A stretch of DNA of 64,000 bases from Lachnospiraceae bacterium (GTDB lineage: Bacteria > Bacillota > Clostridia > Lachnospirales > Lachnospiraceae), in contig JAFYMC010000016.1 in the NCBI GenBank assembly GCA_017556805.1, forward strand, positions 47,377 to 111,376, given 5' to 3'. Of the stretch, positions 1 through 8,962 are shown piece by piece. Every line of letters begins with the position of its first letter. Within the stretch, counting starts at the first letter, position 1. The notes under the pieces were generated by a model. That model had not been told where the DNA came from. It worked only from the letters and a program-made list of their open reading frames with translations, and did not search any database. Position numbers and translations under genes: made by a program.

Positions 1-1905
1 ATCACGAAGTGCGTAGTTAACCGGGTCACCCTGTGCCATCATAATCGCAACATCCGGACCGGTACCTGCCAGGGTGGCATTCAATACCATGCTGGACATC
101 TGAATTACTTTTACATTTACCGGAATACCGGTCTCCGGAGTAAATACATCATCCACAAGAGTCTTTAATACATTACTCTGGTCACGACCGCTGACAATCC
201 AAACCGTAACTGCCTCTTCACCTTCGTATACGTTACCGAGGGCATCGTAATCTACGGTAAAGGAAGCGATAAAGGAACGAACGGTATGACCGATGCTCTT
301 AAAGATACTGGTCTTGATTTCCTCCGGCTGCTTGTTTGCACCGGTAACGGTAATCAAATCCACATCAAGCGGAGCCTCACCCAAAGTCATAATGGAAGTA
401 CCTACGGAGCTGACATTGCTCTTAAAGGTAGCAAACTGCTTGGAAATCTTCTCCGGCTTCTTAATAAAGGTCTCCATCTGCTTTGCAAGCTTCTGGACAT
501 TTGCGATATCACCGGAAAGCTCACCGGTATATGCTACATAATCATCAACCGTCTTATATAAACGCTTGTACTCTAACTCCATTGCCTCCATAACTTCCGG
601 GAATACCTTATCCAGATCGTAGTCACGGTTCTTATCCGGAGTTGCACCGGTTAAGACAAGAATGGTACGGTACATGTCGTTCATACGGATAACGGAATCC
701 TGCAAATCATTCAGTATATTACCCATATCACCCATGGTAACCTCCATGCGGATGGTGTGGGTACCTGCGGTCAGGTAAATCTGATACGGATTGCCCTCGA
801 CATCACCAAGAGTCACATTCGTCCAGTCCGTAGAATACGGGAATGCCACTGCGGAAAGCTCAGCGAACGGAATCTCTCCGTCGATGTAAACCGCACGGTT
901 GGATACACGGCCACGGTTATAGGACTGACGCGCCTTAACCGTAATATTATAGAAGCCGTCTGCCGGAACCGTGAAATCCCATTCGATCCACTGGCCCGCA
1001 ACTCTCCACTGCTCGCCGCCGCCGTAGTTTAACTTACTCTCGGTAACACTGTACGGTACGGTATTTGCGGAAGCATGGTCGGAACGTGCGTACAGAGACT
1101 GTGCGGAACGTACCGTGGAAGCCTCGCCCTGAACTTCATCAAAGTGATCTGCTCCGCCGGATGCCTGCGGACATGCTGCAAGATACTGCTCGTAGGTCAG
1201 TGCCTCTTCTACCGGGCGGATGGAAATCTTACGGATTGCCATCGGCTCATTTACGCAGTCAAGTGCGATGGTGTTTACACCTGCTTCAAAATAAAACTCA
1301 TATGGGTCTGTGTAGTATCCCATGTAATCCGTAAAGTAAGCGGAACACCAATCCGGCTTCTCAACCTGGGTCGGGCGACGATCATTACCCTGGTTATCGG
1401 TAACAACTGCGGTCGCATCTGCCCAACGTCTCGTAAACGTAATCGCATCGGATCCGGTAAACGGTAACTCCCCATTAATTAAGAAGCTACGCTCCATACT
1501 TACTCCGCGGGACTCCACCGGATAATACTCAATATATGCACGATACAATCCCGCCTCCGGAACTGTTACCTGCCATTCGGTATATCCGCCGTCTCCCTGG
1601 TAAAGAACGGTGTCTTCACCCTGATAGTCAGTGAGAATCTCGGTATTCTCGGCGGTGGAAGCAACATACTTCGCCAAATCTACCACAATCTCATCACCCT
1701 GCGGTCTGGAAGCCTTCTCGTGAGTCTTCAGATATGCGGCATATGTATCGGTACGTTCGAATTCACCGTCACTCTCGAGATTCACTCCCGCGTACTTTTC
1801 ACTGAAGTTTTTATCGCCGCCAAACAGCTTGCTGCACAATACGATTACAGCAACTACTGCCGCGATTCCAACCACAGTAAGGAATATTCTCTTTCCTTTT
1901 GACAT
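1..1905 (-). CDS. Sugar ABC transporter extracellular solute-binding protein. It has an N-terminal membrane anchor and two CBM-like modules fused to an SBP domain. Partial: the C-terminus lies left of the window.
   Basis: This gene is absent from the ORF track because it is open-ended. Hand translation of the reverse strand from the ATG at 1905-1903 (revcomp gaaaGGAGAAaactATG) gives 635 uninterrupted codons down to position 1. It begins MSKGKRIFLTVVGIAAVVAVIVLCS. Two similar modules follow (GGYTEWQVTVPEAGLYRAYIEYYP; GQWIEWDFTVPADGFYNITVKARQ). The sequence then reads VTVWIVSGRDQSNVLKTLVDDVFTPETGIPVNVKV...GTGPDVAIMMAQGDPVNYALRD, which is typical of family-1 solute-binding proteins. Confidence 0.7.
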   Translation of the reverse strand, partial: MSKGKRIFLTVVGIAAVVAVIVLCSKLFGGDKNFSEKYAGVNLESDGEFERTDTYAAYLKTHEKASRPQGDEIVVDLAKYVASTAENTEILTDYQGEDTVLYQGDGGYTEWQVTVPEAGLYRAYIEYYPVESRGVSMERSFLINGELPFTGSDAITFTRRWADATAVVTDNQGNDRRPTQVEKPDWCSAYFTDYMGYYTDPYEFYFEAGVNTIALDCVNEPMAIRKISIRPVEEALTYEQYLAACPQASGGADHFDEVQGEASTVRSAQSLYARSDHASANTVPYSVTESKLNYGGGEQWRVAGQWIEWDFTVPADGFYNITVKARQSYNRGRVSNRAVYIDGEIPFAELSAVAFPYSTDWTNVTLGDVEGNPYQIYLTAGTHTIRMEVTMGDMGNILNDLQDSVIRMNDMYRTILVLTGATPDKNRDYDLDKVFPEVMEAMELEYKRLYKTVDDYVAYTGELSGDIANVQKLAKQMETFIKKPEKISKQFATFKSNVSSVGTSIMTLGEAPLDVDLITVTGANKQPEEIKTSIFKSIGHTVRSFIASFTVDYDALGNVYEGEEAVTVWIVSGRDQSNVLKTLVDDVFTPETGIPVNVKVIQMSSMVLNATLAGTGPDVAIMMAQGDPVNYALRD

Positions 1906-2454
1906 AGTTTTCTCCTTTCTTTGTGCATATTCCCTTTGCACAACGATTTGTCTTTACGACAAACCAAAGCCGATGCACACCGCAATCAGGCCGTTTTCAC
2001 AGCCTTTCTAGCAAAATGTGGGTCGGCTTCCTTCCCTTTGGAAAATTTACCAAAAGGACACTTTCTCGGATTTTGTACATTATTACCAAAAACTGTACGT
2101 TCCAAAAAAGCAATTTTTGTAGCGTATAGTACCATTATAGTCCCTTTTTCCCAAAAGCGCTTATCAAATATTGCTTTCGAGACCTTCATCTATTGCTCCG
2201 TTTTGTCGCATTCTGTAGGAATCGGGCTATTTTTTAATGGCCTCTTTACAACCTACTACAATTATATTATGATATTTGTATAATTTCAAGTATAAAATGC
2301 GTGTTTCGAGAAGTTTTTTTATGCATTTTACCCCCTGGTTTTTCAACCGCAGCAATAGCAATTTTTGATTAAATGGATGTATTTACTTTTTATTGTTGTA
2401 TCTGCGTGCGGTTTTCGTCAAATTTGCCAACAATTGTACGGAGGTATCACATTT

Positions 2455-3450
2455 ATGCAGAATAATAACAAATCCACCTATGACACCGCCTACTGGTTGG
2501 AGTTGCGCAAAAGAACCCTGGAGCGAAACGCCACCTTCCGGAAAAGAGTCATTACCGGAACTCACGAGCAAACCCACTATTCCGAGGATAACTCCTCCGT
2601 ATTTCTTTGGATTAATACGGAGCCTGGGCGTTTCCCCCTCCACTGGCATTCTACCTTAGAAATTGTCATGCCTCTCCAAAGCACCTATACCGTCACAATG
2701 AACAAAAGCACCTACGAACTGCAGGAGCAGGAAATTTTCATCATCCCGCCGGGAGAATTGCATGAGCTGACACCGCCCGCATCCGGATTCCGGTTAGTTT
2801 TATTATTTGACCTGAATGCACTGAATAAATTCAAAGGATTTACCCGACTGTTTTCCCTGTTTTCTCTCTCCAGTCACATCTCTCCGGAAACAATGCCGGA
2901 GATTTACGAGAAGGAACGGGACCTTTTATTACAGGTTGCGGAAGAATATGCCTACGGCGGAGATTTGGCGGAGCCGTCCATCCTCGCCCTGCTGATTCAG
3001 TTTTTTGTACTCCTGGCCCGTAATACGGAGGACGTCGTACCTGCCTCTCTTCCGGCAATGCAACCCAACAAACAACGTGAATACATCGAAAAGTTCAACA
3101 TCGTCTTCGATTACATTGAACATCACTATACGGAAGACATTACTTTAGACGAAGTTGCGGCACAAATCGGATTTTCAAAATTCCACTTTTCCCGACTGTT
3201 CCGGCAGTTCACCGACACCTCCTTCTACGATTACCTTTGCGCAAGAAGAATCAAGGCAGCCGAAACACTTTTACTGGACCCGAACCTTCCGATTACCGAA
3301 GTCGCGTTGCAATCCGGCTTTGCCAGTATCTCCACCTTCAACCGGGTATTTAAAAAATTTAAGGAATGTACTCCGACGGAATTTAAGGATTTCAACAAAG
3401 AAAACGGCCGTGTTAACGCAAAACCGCGCCAAATCCAAAATAAAGATTGA
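2455..3450 (+). CDS. AraC/XylS family transcriptional regulator (cupin-like sensor plus double HTH)
   Basis: The N-terminal half is cupin-like (HWHSTLEIVMPL, PPGELHEL). The C-terminal half has AraC HTH motifs (FSKFHFSRLFRQFT; ITEVALQSGFASISTFNRVFKKF). I moved the start from the track start (2365) to ATG 2455, which has GGAGG at 2440-2444. Confidence 0.85.
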   Translation: MQNNNKSTYDTAYWLELRKRTLERNATFRKRVITGTHEQTHYSEDNSSVFLWINTEPGRFPLHWHSTLEIVMPLQSTYTVTMNKSTYELQEQEIFIIPPGELHELTPPASGFRLVLLFDLNALNKFKGFTRLFSLFSLSSHISPETMPEIYEKERDLLLQVAEEYAYGGDLAEPSILALLIQFFVLLARNTEDVVPASLPAMQPNKQREYIEKFNIVFDYIEHHYTEDITLDEVAAQIGFSKFHFSRLFRQFTDTSFYDYLCARRIKAAETLLLDPNLPITEVALQSGFASISTFNRVFKKFKECTPTEFKDFNKENGRVNAKPRQIQNKD

Positions 3451-3538
3451 CTTTTACCGTTCAGATGATATAATGATATTCACGCGGGCATGCAGACTCT
3501 GCATGCCCGTTGTTACATAACAAAGGAGGATATTTAAA

Positions 3539-4828
3539 ATGAAAAAGTGGAAAAAGTTATTTGCGGTTACCGCTGTCACTGCTCTGGTATTTGCCATGGC
3601 AGCTTGCAACAGCAAGGACACCTCTGCAGATCCGACCGAATCCCCGAACCCGACCGAGGCACCGGCTGAACCGACGGAAGCTCCGGTAGAACCGACCGAG
3701 GCACCGGCCGAGCCGACTAAGGCGACCGTTGATCCGACTGAGGCTCCGGCTGAACCGACTGAGACTCCGGCTGAACCGACTGACGTTCCGACCGAACCGA
3801 CCGCTGAGCCGACCGAGGCACCGGCTGAACCGACTGAGCCGACCGCTGAACCGACCGAGGCTCCGGCAGAACCGACCGAGGCACCGACTGCCAACGGTAC
3901 CGTTATCAACTTTGCGGATCTTACCGCAGGCGGATACGGCTACGAAGCTACCATTGAGGATGGCGGCGTGAACGTAACTATTGCAGGACAGTATCAGGAA
4001 ATCCAGTATGTTCTTCCGGAAGCTGTTGATTTAGCACAGTACAGCCAGCTTATTGTTGACGTAACCTCCAACAACCAGTTGGATATCAAGCTGGTAAATC
4101 CGGATGCGGAATTAAACGAGTACAGTCAGCTGACTCCGTTCAAGGACAACTACACCGCTGAAGGCGCTATCGAGTCCCCGATTTACATCGACCTGGCTGA
4201 GTTTGCCGCTTACGATCTTTCCCAGATTAACTTTATGGCAATGGTAAACGATACCGCATTCCGCTTAAACAGCATGACCTTCGTAAAGGCTGATGATTCC
4301 GTACCGACAGAGCCGGTAGAGACTCCTGATTCGACCGAGGCTCCGGAACCGACCGAAGCTCCGGAACCGACCGAAGCTCCGGCAGAACCTACTGAGACCC
4401 CGGACCCGACCGAGGCTCCGGTGAGCGACAACAGTGTCATCACCTTTGCTGACCTTACCGCAGGCGGTTACGGCTACGAAGCAACCGCAACAGACGGTGT
4501 TGTAAAGGTAACCATCTCTGCTCAGTATCAGGAGCTCCAGTATGTCCTTCCGGAAGCAATCGATTTGGCGCAGTACAAGACCTTGATTGTTGACGTTGTC
4601 TCCAACAGCCAGTTAGATATTAAGCTGGTAAATCCGGAAGCAACATTAAACGAGTACAATCAAGCTACTCCGTTTAAGGACAACTACACAGCAGAAGGCG
4701 CAGCAATCACCGAGCCGGTTTACATCGACCTTGCCGAATTTGCCGATTACGATCTTTCCCAGATCAACTTCATGGCAATGGCAAACGATTGCGAATTCAC
4801 GCTGAACAACATGACCTTTGTGAAGTAA
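3539..4828 (+). CDS. Lipoprotein with Pro/Thr/Glu-rich linkers and two copies of an uncharacterised ~132-aa domain
   Basis: AGGAGG lies upstream. The signal peptide carries a lipobox (MKKWKKLFAVTAVTALVFAMA-C). The layout is PTEAPAEPTE-type linker, domain copy 1 (3896-4291), second linker, domain copy 2 (4421-4825). The two copies align over their whole length (INFADLTAGGYGYEAT...QLDIKLVNP...TPFKDNYTAEG...IDLAEFA.YDLSQINFMAM). Confidence 0.8.
   Translation: MKKWKKLFAVTAVTALVFAMAACNSKDTSADPTESPNPTEAPAEPTEAPVEPTEAPAEPTKATVDPTEAPAEPTETPAEPTDVPTEPTAEPTEAPAEPTEPTAEPTEAPAEPTEAPTANGTVINFADLTAGGYGYEATIEDGGVNVTIAGQYQEIQYVLPEAVDLAQYSQLIVDVTSNNQLDIKLVNPDAELNEYSQLTPFKDNYTAEGAIESPIYIDLAEFAAYDLSQINFMAMVNDTAFRLNSMTFVKADDSVPTEPVETPDSTEAPEPTEAPEPTEAPAEPTETPDPTEAPVSDNSVITFADLTAGGYGYEATATDGVVKVTISAQYQELQYVLPEAIDLAQYKTLIVDVVSNSQLDIKLVNPEATLNEYNQATPFKDNYTAEGAAITEPVYIDLAEFADYDLSQINFMAMANDCEFTLNNMTFVK
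3629..3895 (+). repeat. In-frame degenerate tandem repeats encoding the (P-T-E-A-P-A-E)n linker; a second, shorter block is at 4292-4420
   Basis: Units such as ccgaccgaggcaccggctgaa recur throughout and translate to PTEAPAEPTEAPVEPTEAPAEPTK.... Confidence 0.75.
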
Positions 4829-4860
4829 CTTAAGCTCACACAAAAACAAGAAACCCAAAA

Positions 4861-4900
4861 GACGATTCTCTACACGTATCGGAGAATCGTCTTTTCTTTT
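4861..4900 (+). terminator. Rho-independent terminator of the lipoprotein gene
   Basis: A 10-bp perfect stem (gacgattctc at 4861-4870, gagaatcgtc at 4882-4891) has an 11-nt loop and is followed by ttttctttt. Confidence 0.8.
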
Positions 4901-4959
4901 ATCCCTTCTTCCACCGCGCCCTTCCCCTGCCGTCTGCGCGGCGGCTCGGGCGTGGCGTA

Positions 4960-5264
4960 GTTCTTCTGCTTTCTTTTACTCGTCATACTCAAAAAATTGC
5001 GACAATCCTCGTTCCGAATACCTCTTTGAACTTTACGCAGGATAGTAGACTTTCTTATTACTTCGTTCATCTGTCAGCAACGCCCGGACAGGAGGTCCGG
5101 GCGAGCCCGCCATAAGGCATGGATGCCGCATCAGGGCGGTTGCGTCACTTATCTGTCTACTCGGCGAAGTAATTAGAAAGACTCTATCCGGAGTACGAGA
5201 AAAGAGGTATTCGGAACGAGGCTTGTCGCAGTTTTGACTCCACGCGCAATAAAAGCAGAAGAAC
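4960..5264. repeat. 305-bp imperfect palindrome (element A)
   Basis: Perfect inverted-repeat blocks are 4960-4972/5252-5264 (13 bp) and 5007-5027/5201-5221 (21 bp). A further block, 5050-5065/5165-5180, matches 15/16. All are symmetric about ~5112, and local hairpins sit at the apex (5081-5103, 5107-5139). Confidence 0.7.
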
Positions 5265-5280
5265 AGGGAAGCCGCGCATA

Positions 5281-5308
5281 AGAAAACCGCCGCACAACGT
5301 GCGGCGGT
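5281..5308 (-). terminator. Rho-independent terminator of the adhE-kinase operon
   Basis: The stem accgccgcac/gtgcggcggt (5286-5295/5299-5308) is followed on the minus strand by ttttct, 10 nt after the stop at 5318. Confidence 0.75.
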
Positions 5309-5317
5309 CCGAAACTC

Positions 5318-6070
5318 TTATTCGTAATCCACTACATTTGCCCAGGACAGCAACAACTGTCTCTCTTCCGGCTTTCCCTTTACGGACTGGGAAGCCGCTA
5401 CAATCGGAAGCCAGCGCTCGATGTACTGTCTTGCGGTATCGCTCATCTTGCAGAACAGCTCCATGTACTTCTTTGCGCCATCGGTATCTCCCGCCAACCA
5501 GAACAACAAGTAGGTTCTTGCCACGTCTGCGGAAGCATTTCCCTGGGTTGCATGTGCCCAGTCGATGATATACGCCTTGCCGTCCTCATCGGAAATAATG
5601 ATATTGGACGGATTGAAGTCGCCGTGACATACCTTCGTATGCTTTTTCATACCCTCCAAACGGGTGTGAAGCTCATAACGGGTAGTTGCGTCCAGCTCCG
5701 CCTCGGAAATCTTACGATTCATCTTATCCTTCAGCTTATTTAAGCCCGGTGCACGCTTCTCGTGCACTTCCATCTGAAGCTCCACCAACATCTTCAAGTA
5801 TTCATCCTTTTTCTCCGGATTTTCCTGCATCATCTGCGCTAACGTCTTACCCTTGATATACTCGGATACAATGGCCCACTTTCCGTCAATCTTGGTCACT
5901 TCATAAAGCTGCGGAATAGAAAGTCCGGTTTCTTCCACACGTGCGTGGTTTAACGCCTCGTTTAATACATCTGCCTTGGAATAATCCTCGTTAAACACCT
6001 TAATAACGCGGTTTCCGTCCAAATATACCGTCTTTTTCTCTCTTACTGCAATGGTCTTATCAAGCTTCAT
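5318..6070 (-). CDS. Protein-kinase-fold phosphotransferase (APH/choline-kinase/Bud32-like family); substrate unknown
   Basis: The catalytic-loop motif HGDFNPSN is followed by IIDWAHA (metal-binding Asp). The N-lobe has a Lys in RVIKVF. The SD is AAGGAGG, and the start lies only 15 nt after the adhE stop. Confidence 0.6.
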   Translation of the reverse strand: MKLDKTIAVREKKTVYLDGNRVIKVFNEDYSKADVLNEALNHARVEETGLSIPQLYEVTKIDGKWAIVSEYIKGKTLAQMMQENPEKKDEYLKMLVELQMEVHEKRAPGLNKLKDKMNRKISEAELDATTRYELHTRLEGMKKHTKVCHGDFNPSNIIISDEDGKAYIIDWAHATQGNASADVARTYLLFWLAGDTDGAKKYMELFCKMSDTARQYIERWLPIVAASQSVKGKPEERQLLLSWANVVDYE

Positions 6071-6085
6071 AGTCTTTGCCCTCCT

Positions 6086-8701
6086 TTACACAGTCTCGTG
6101 CTTGCCATAGTATGCATTGAGATACATCTGCTTCATCTCACTCATGAGCGGATATCTCGGGTTTGCTCCGGTACACTGATCGTCAAATGCCTGCTCCGTC
6201 ATCTCATCCAGTCTCGCCAGGAAATCCTTCTCATCCGGAACATATTCCCGAATGGTCTTCTTGATGCCTACCTTCTCCTTTAAGTCATCAATTGCCTTTA
6301 TTAAATTCTTTAACTTCTCACTGTCATTCTTGCCCTTGATACCGAGATAATCAGCCACCTCCGCATAACGAGCCAGGGTGTGCGGATGGTCATACTGAGA
6401 GAACGTACCCATCTTCACCGGAGTCTCGCTGGCATTGAACAACAGCACCTCATTAATCATAAGCGCATTTGCAACACCGTGTGCCAGATGATGGAATGCA
6501 CCCAGCTTGTGCGCCATGGAGTGGCACACACCGAGGAATGCGTTTGCAAATGCCATACCTGCGATGGTCGCCGCATTTGCCATCTTCTCTCTTGCCTCTA
6601 CATCATTCCCGTTCTCGTATGCCTTCGGAAGGTATTCGAAAATAATCTTCAACGCCTTTAATGCCAGACCGTCGGTGTAATCCGTAGCCAGCATGGATGC
6701 ATAGGCCTCCAGTGCATGGGTCACGGCATCAATACCGGAAGCTGCGGTTAAGCCCTTCGGTGCACTCATATGAAAATCGGTGTCGATAATCGCCATATTC
6801 GGAAGAAGCTCATAGTCAGCCAACGGATACTTCACGCCGGTCTGCTCATCGGTAATCACCGCAAACGGGGTTACCTCGGAACCGGTACCTGCGGAAGTCG
6901 GGATTGCTACAAAGTATGCCTTCTCACCCATCTTCGGGAAGGTGTAAATTCTCTTTCTGATATCGATAAAACGCATTGCCATATCCATGAAATCTGCTTC
7001 CGGATGCTCGTAAAGAACCCACATAATCTTTGCAGCATCCATTGCGGAACCGCCACCCAGAGCAATAATTACATCCGGTTTAAATGCTGCCATCTGTGCA
7101 GCACCCGCCTTTGCACAAGCTAACGTCGGGTCCGGCTCTACTTGCCAAAATTCCGCATGAGAGATGCCCATCTCGTCAAGCTTATCGGTAATTGCCTTCG
7201 TATAACCGTTCTCATAAAGGAAGCTATCGGTTACCACAAATGCCTTCTTCTTGCCCATTACGGTACCAAGCTCGTCAAGAGCCACCGGAAGACAGCCCTT
7301 CTTCATGTAAATCTTTTCAGGTGCGCGGAACCAAAGCATATTTTCCCTTCTTTCTGCAACGGTTTTGATATTAAGTAAGTGCTTTACGCCTACGTTATCG
7401 GATACGGAATTGCCGCCCCAAGAACCACAGCCGAGGGTTAAGGACGGAGCCAGCTTAAAGTTGTACAAATCACCGATACCACCCTGGGAGGACGGGGTAT
7501 TCACTAAGATACGACAGGTCTTCATACGCTCCGCAAACTCGTGAAGCTTGTCGGTCTCCGTCTGTGCATTCAGGTAAATGGAGGAGGTATGACCGTAACC
7601 GCCGTCTGCGATTAAGTGCTCTGCCTTCTCGAACGCATCCTGAATATTCTTTGCCTTGTACATGGCAAGTACCGGAGAAAGCTTCTCGTGAGCAAACTCT
7701 TCGGAAAGCTCTACACTTTCTACCTCACCGATTAAAATCTTCGTACCCTCCGGCACCTTTACACCCGCAAGCTCTGCGATGGTGGTAGCCTTCTGTCCTA
7801 CAATCTTTGCGTTTAACGCACCGTTGATGATGATGGTCTTACGAACCTTCTCAATCTCGTCATCCTTTAAGAAATAGCAGCCGCGCTTTGCGAACTCTTC
7901 CTTAACAGCCTTATATACTTTATCCAGAACAATCACGGACTGCTCGGATGCACAAATCATACCGTTATCGAAGGTCTTGGAATGAATGATGGAGTTTACC
8001 GCCAAAAGCACATCCGCCGTATCGTCAATAATGGCCGGTGTGTTACCCGCGCCTACACCCAGGGCCGGCTTACCGCTGGAATATGCAGCCTTTACCATAC
8101 CCGGACCGCCGGTTGCAAGAATAATATCTGCTTCCTTCATTACCGTATTGGTCATCTCGAGAGACGGCACATCAATCCATGCGATAATATCCTCCGGAGC
8201 GCCGGCTGCCACCGCTGCTTCAAGCACAATCTTAGAAGCCGTAATGGTAGAATTCTTTGCACGCGGATGCGGGCTGATAATAATACCGTTTCTGGTCTTT
8301 AAGCTGATTAATGTCTTAAAAATCGCAGTGGAGGTCGGGTTCGTGGTCGGGATAACCGCTGCTACCACACCGATGGACTCTGCCACCTTCTTAATGCCGA
8401 AAGCCTTGTCTTCTTCAATGACACCGCAGGTCTTGGTGTCTCTGTATGCGTTATAAATGTACTCTGCCGCATAGTGGTTCTTAATCACCTTATCTTCCAC
8501 CACGCCCATGCCGGTCTCTTCCACCGCCATCTTCGCAAGGGTAATTCTTGCTTTATCCGCTGCGGTTGCGGCAGCCAGGAAAATCTTATCCACCTGCTCC
8601 TGGGTATACTCCGCAAACTTCTTCTGTGCGGCTTTTACTCGGGCAATGGCTGCCTCCAAAGCCTCTACACTGTCTACTACTTCATAGTTTTTCGTTTTCA
8701 T
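6086..8701 (-). CDS. adhE: Bifunctional acetaldehyde-CoA/alcohol dehydrogenase
   Basis: The product is 871 aa. The N-terminal part is an aldehyde dehydrogenase domain (NGMICASEQS) and the C-terminal part is an iron-type ADH domain (GGGSAMDAAK, HSMAHKLG). The start is placed at the ATG at 8701, which has AGGAGG 7 nt upstream. Confidence 0.95.
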   Translation of the reverse strand: MKTKNYEVVDSVEALEAAIARVKAAQKKFAEYTQEQVDKIFLAAATAADKARITLAKMAVEETGMGVVEDKVIKNHYAAEYIYNAYRDTKTCGVIEEDKAFGIKKVAESIGVVAAVIPTTNPTSTAIFKTLISLKTRNGIIISPHPRAKNSTITASKIVLEAAVAAGAPEDIIAWIDVPSLEMTNTVMKEADIILATGGPGMVKAAYSSGKPALGVGAGNTPAIIDDTADVLLAVNSIIHSKTFDNGMICASEQSVIVLDKVYKAVKEEFAKRGCYFLKDDEIEKVRKTIIINGALNAKIVGQKATTIAELAGVKVPEGTKILIGEVESVELSEEFAHEKLSPVLAMYKAKNIQDAFEKAEHLIADGGYGHTSSIYLNAQTETDKLHEFAERMKTCRILVNTPSSQGGIGDLYNFKLAPSLTLGCGSWGGNSVSDNVGVKHLLNIKTVAERRENMLWFRAPEKIYMKKGCLPVALDELGTVMGKKKAFVVTDSFLYENGYTKAITDKLDEMGISHAEFWQVEPDPTLACAKAGAAQMAAFKPDVIIALGGGSAMDAAKIMWVLYEHPEADFMDMAMRFIDIRKRIYTFPKMGEKAYFVAIPTSAGTGSEVTPFAVITDEQTGVKYPLADYELLPNMAIIDTDFHMSAPKGLTAASGIDAVTHALEAYASMLATDYTDGLALKALKIIFEYLPKAYENGNDVEAREKMANAATIAGMAFANAFLGVCHSMAHKLGAFHHLAHGVANALMINEVLLFNASETPVKMGTFSQYDHPHTLARYAEVADYLGIKGKNDSEKLKNLIKAIDDLKEKVGIKKTIREYVPDEKDFLARLDEMTEQAFDDQCTGANPRYPLMSEMKQMYLNAYYGKHETV

Positions 8702-8782
8702 ACACGACCTCCTATTCGGCACACCTCTTTTTTTACAGAAGCATCATATTTTACTCATTTATATTACTTTATTCGCCTCTAT

Positions 8783-8800
8783 CTGTTAAAAATTTAACAC
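8783..8800. promoter_or_regulatory. Candidate Rex (redox-sensing repressor) operator upstream of adhE
   Basis: cTGTTAAaaatTTAACAc matches the clostridial Rex consensus TTGTTAAnnnnTTAACAA at 12 of its 14 specified positions. It lies 82-99 nt upstream of the adhE start codon. adhE is a classic Rex target. Confidence 0.55.
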
Positions 8801-8962
8801 ACTTTTCTTCGAATGTCAATACTTTACTTCTACTTTTTTCCCAAATTTTGTTTTTCTCTATATTTCACAATCCCACACCCCTCTGTTTCTCTTCCCTTGT
8901 ATAAACTTACGGCGGACACAACTCTTCCGTTCGTATCCGCCGCACTGTATACCTATCTCTTT

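Noticed and set aside
1921-2283. 120-aa plus-strand ORF in the SBP/AraC divergent intergenic region
   Set aside because: It has no SD and odd composition, and it overlaps the expected promoter region of the 1-1905 gene. It is more likely non-coding. The two TTACCAAAA repeats here (2047-2055, 2083-2091) may be operator half-sites, but that rests on a single 9-mer pair only.
3629-3895. Short tandem DNA repeats that might be a non-coding array (CRISPR-like or VNTR)
   Set aside because: The units are degenerate and contiguous with no spacers. They stay in frame within the lipoprotein ORF, so they encode a Pro/Thr/Glu linker.
3454-3909. 151-aa minus-strand ORF rich in GASVGS repeats
   Set aside because: It is the antisense reading of the PTEAPAE linker repeats of the well-supported lipoprotein gene. 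It has no SD, and its low complexity is a mirror artefact.
4870-5070. 66-aa minus-strand ORF across the left arm of element A
   Set aside because: It starts inside the palindrome and runs through the plus-strand terminator. The mirrored sequence in the right arm is interrupted by a stop (…ERGLSQF*). It is basic and low-complexity, with no SD.
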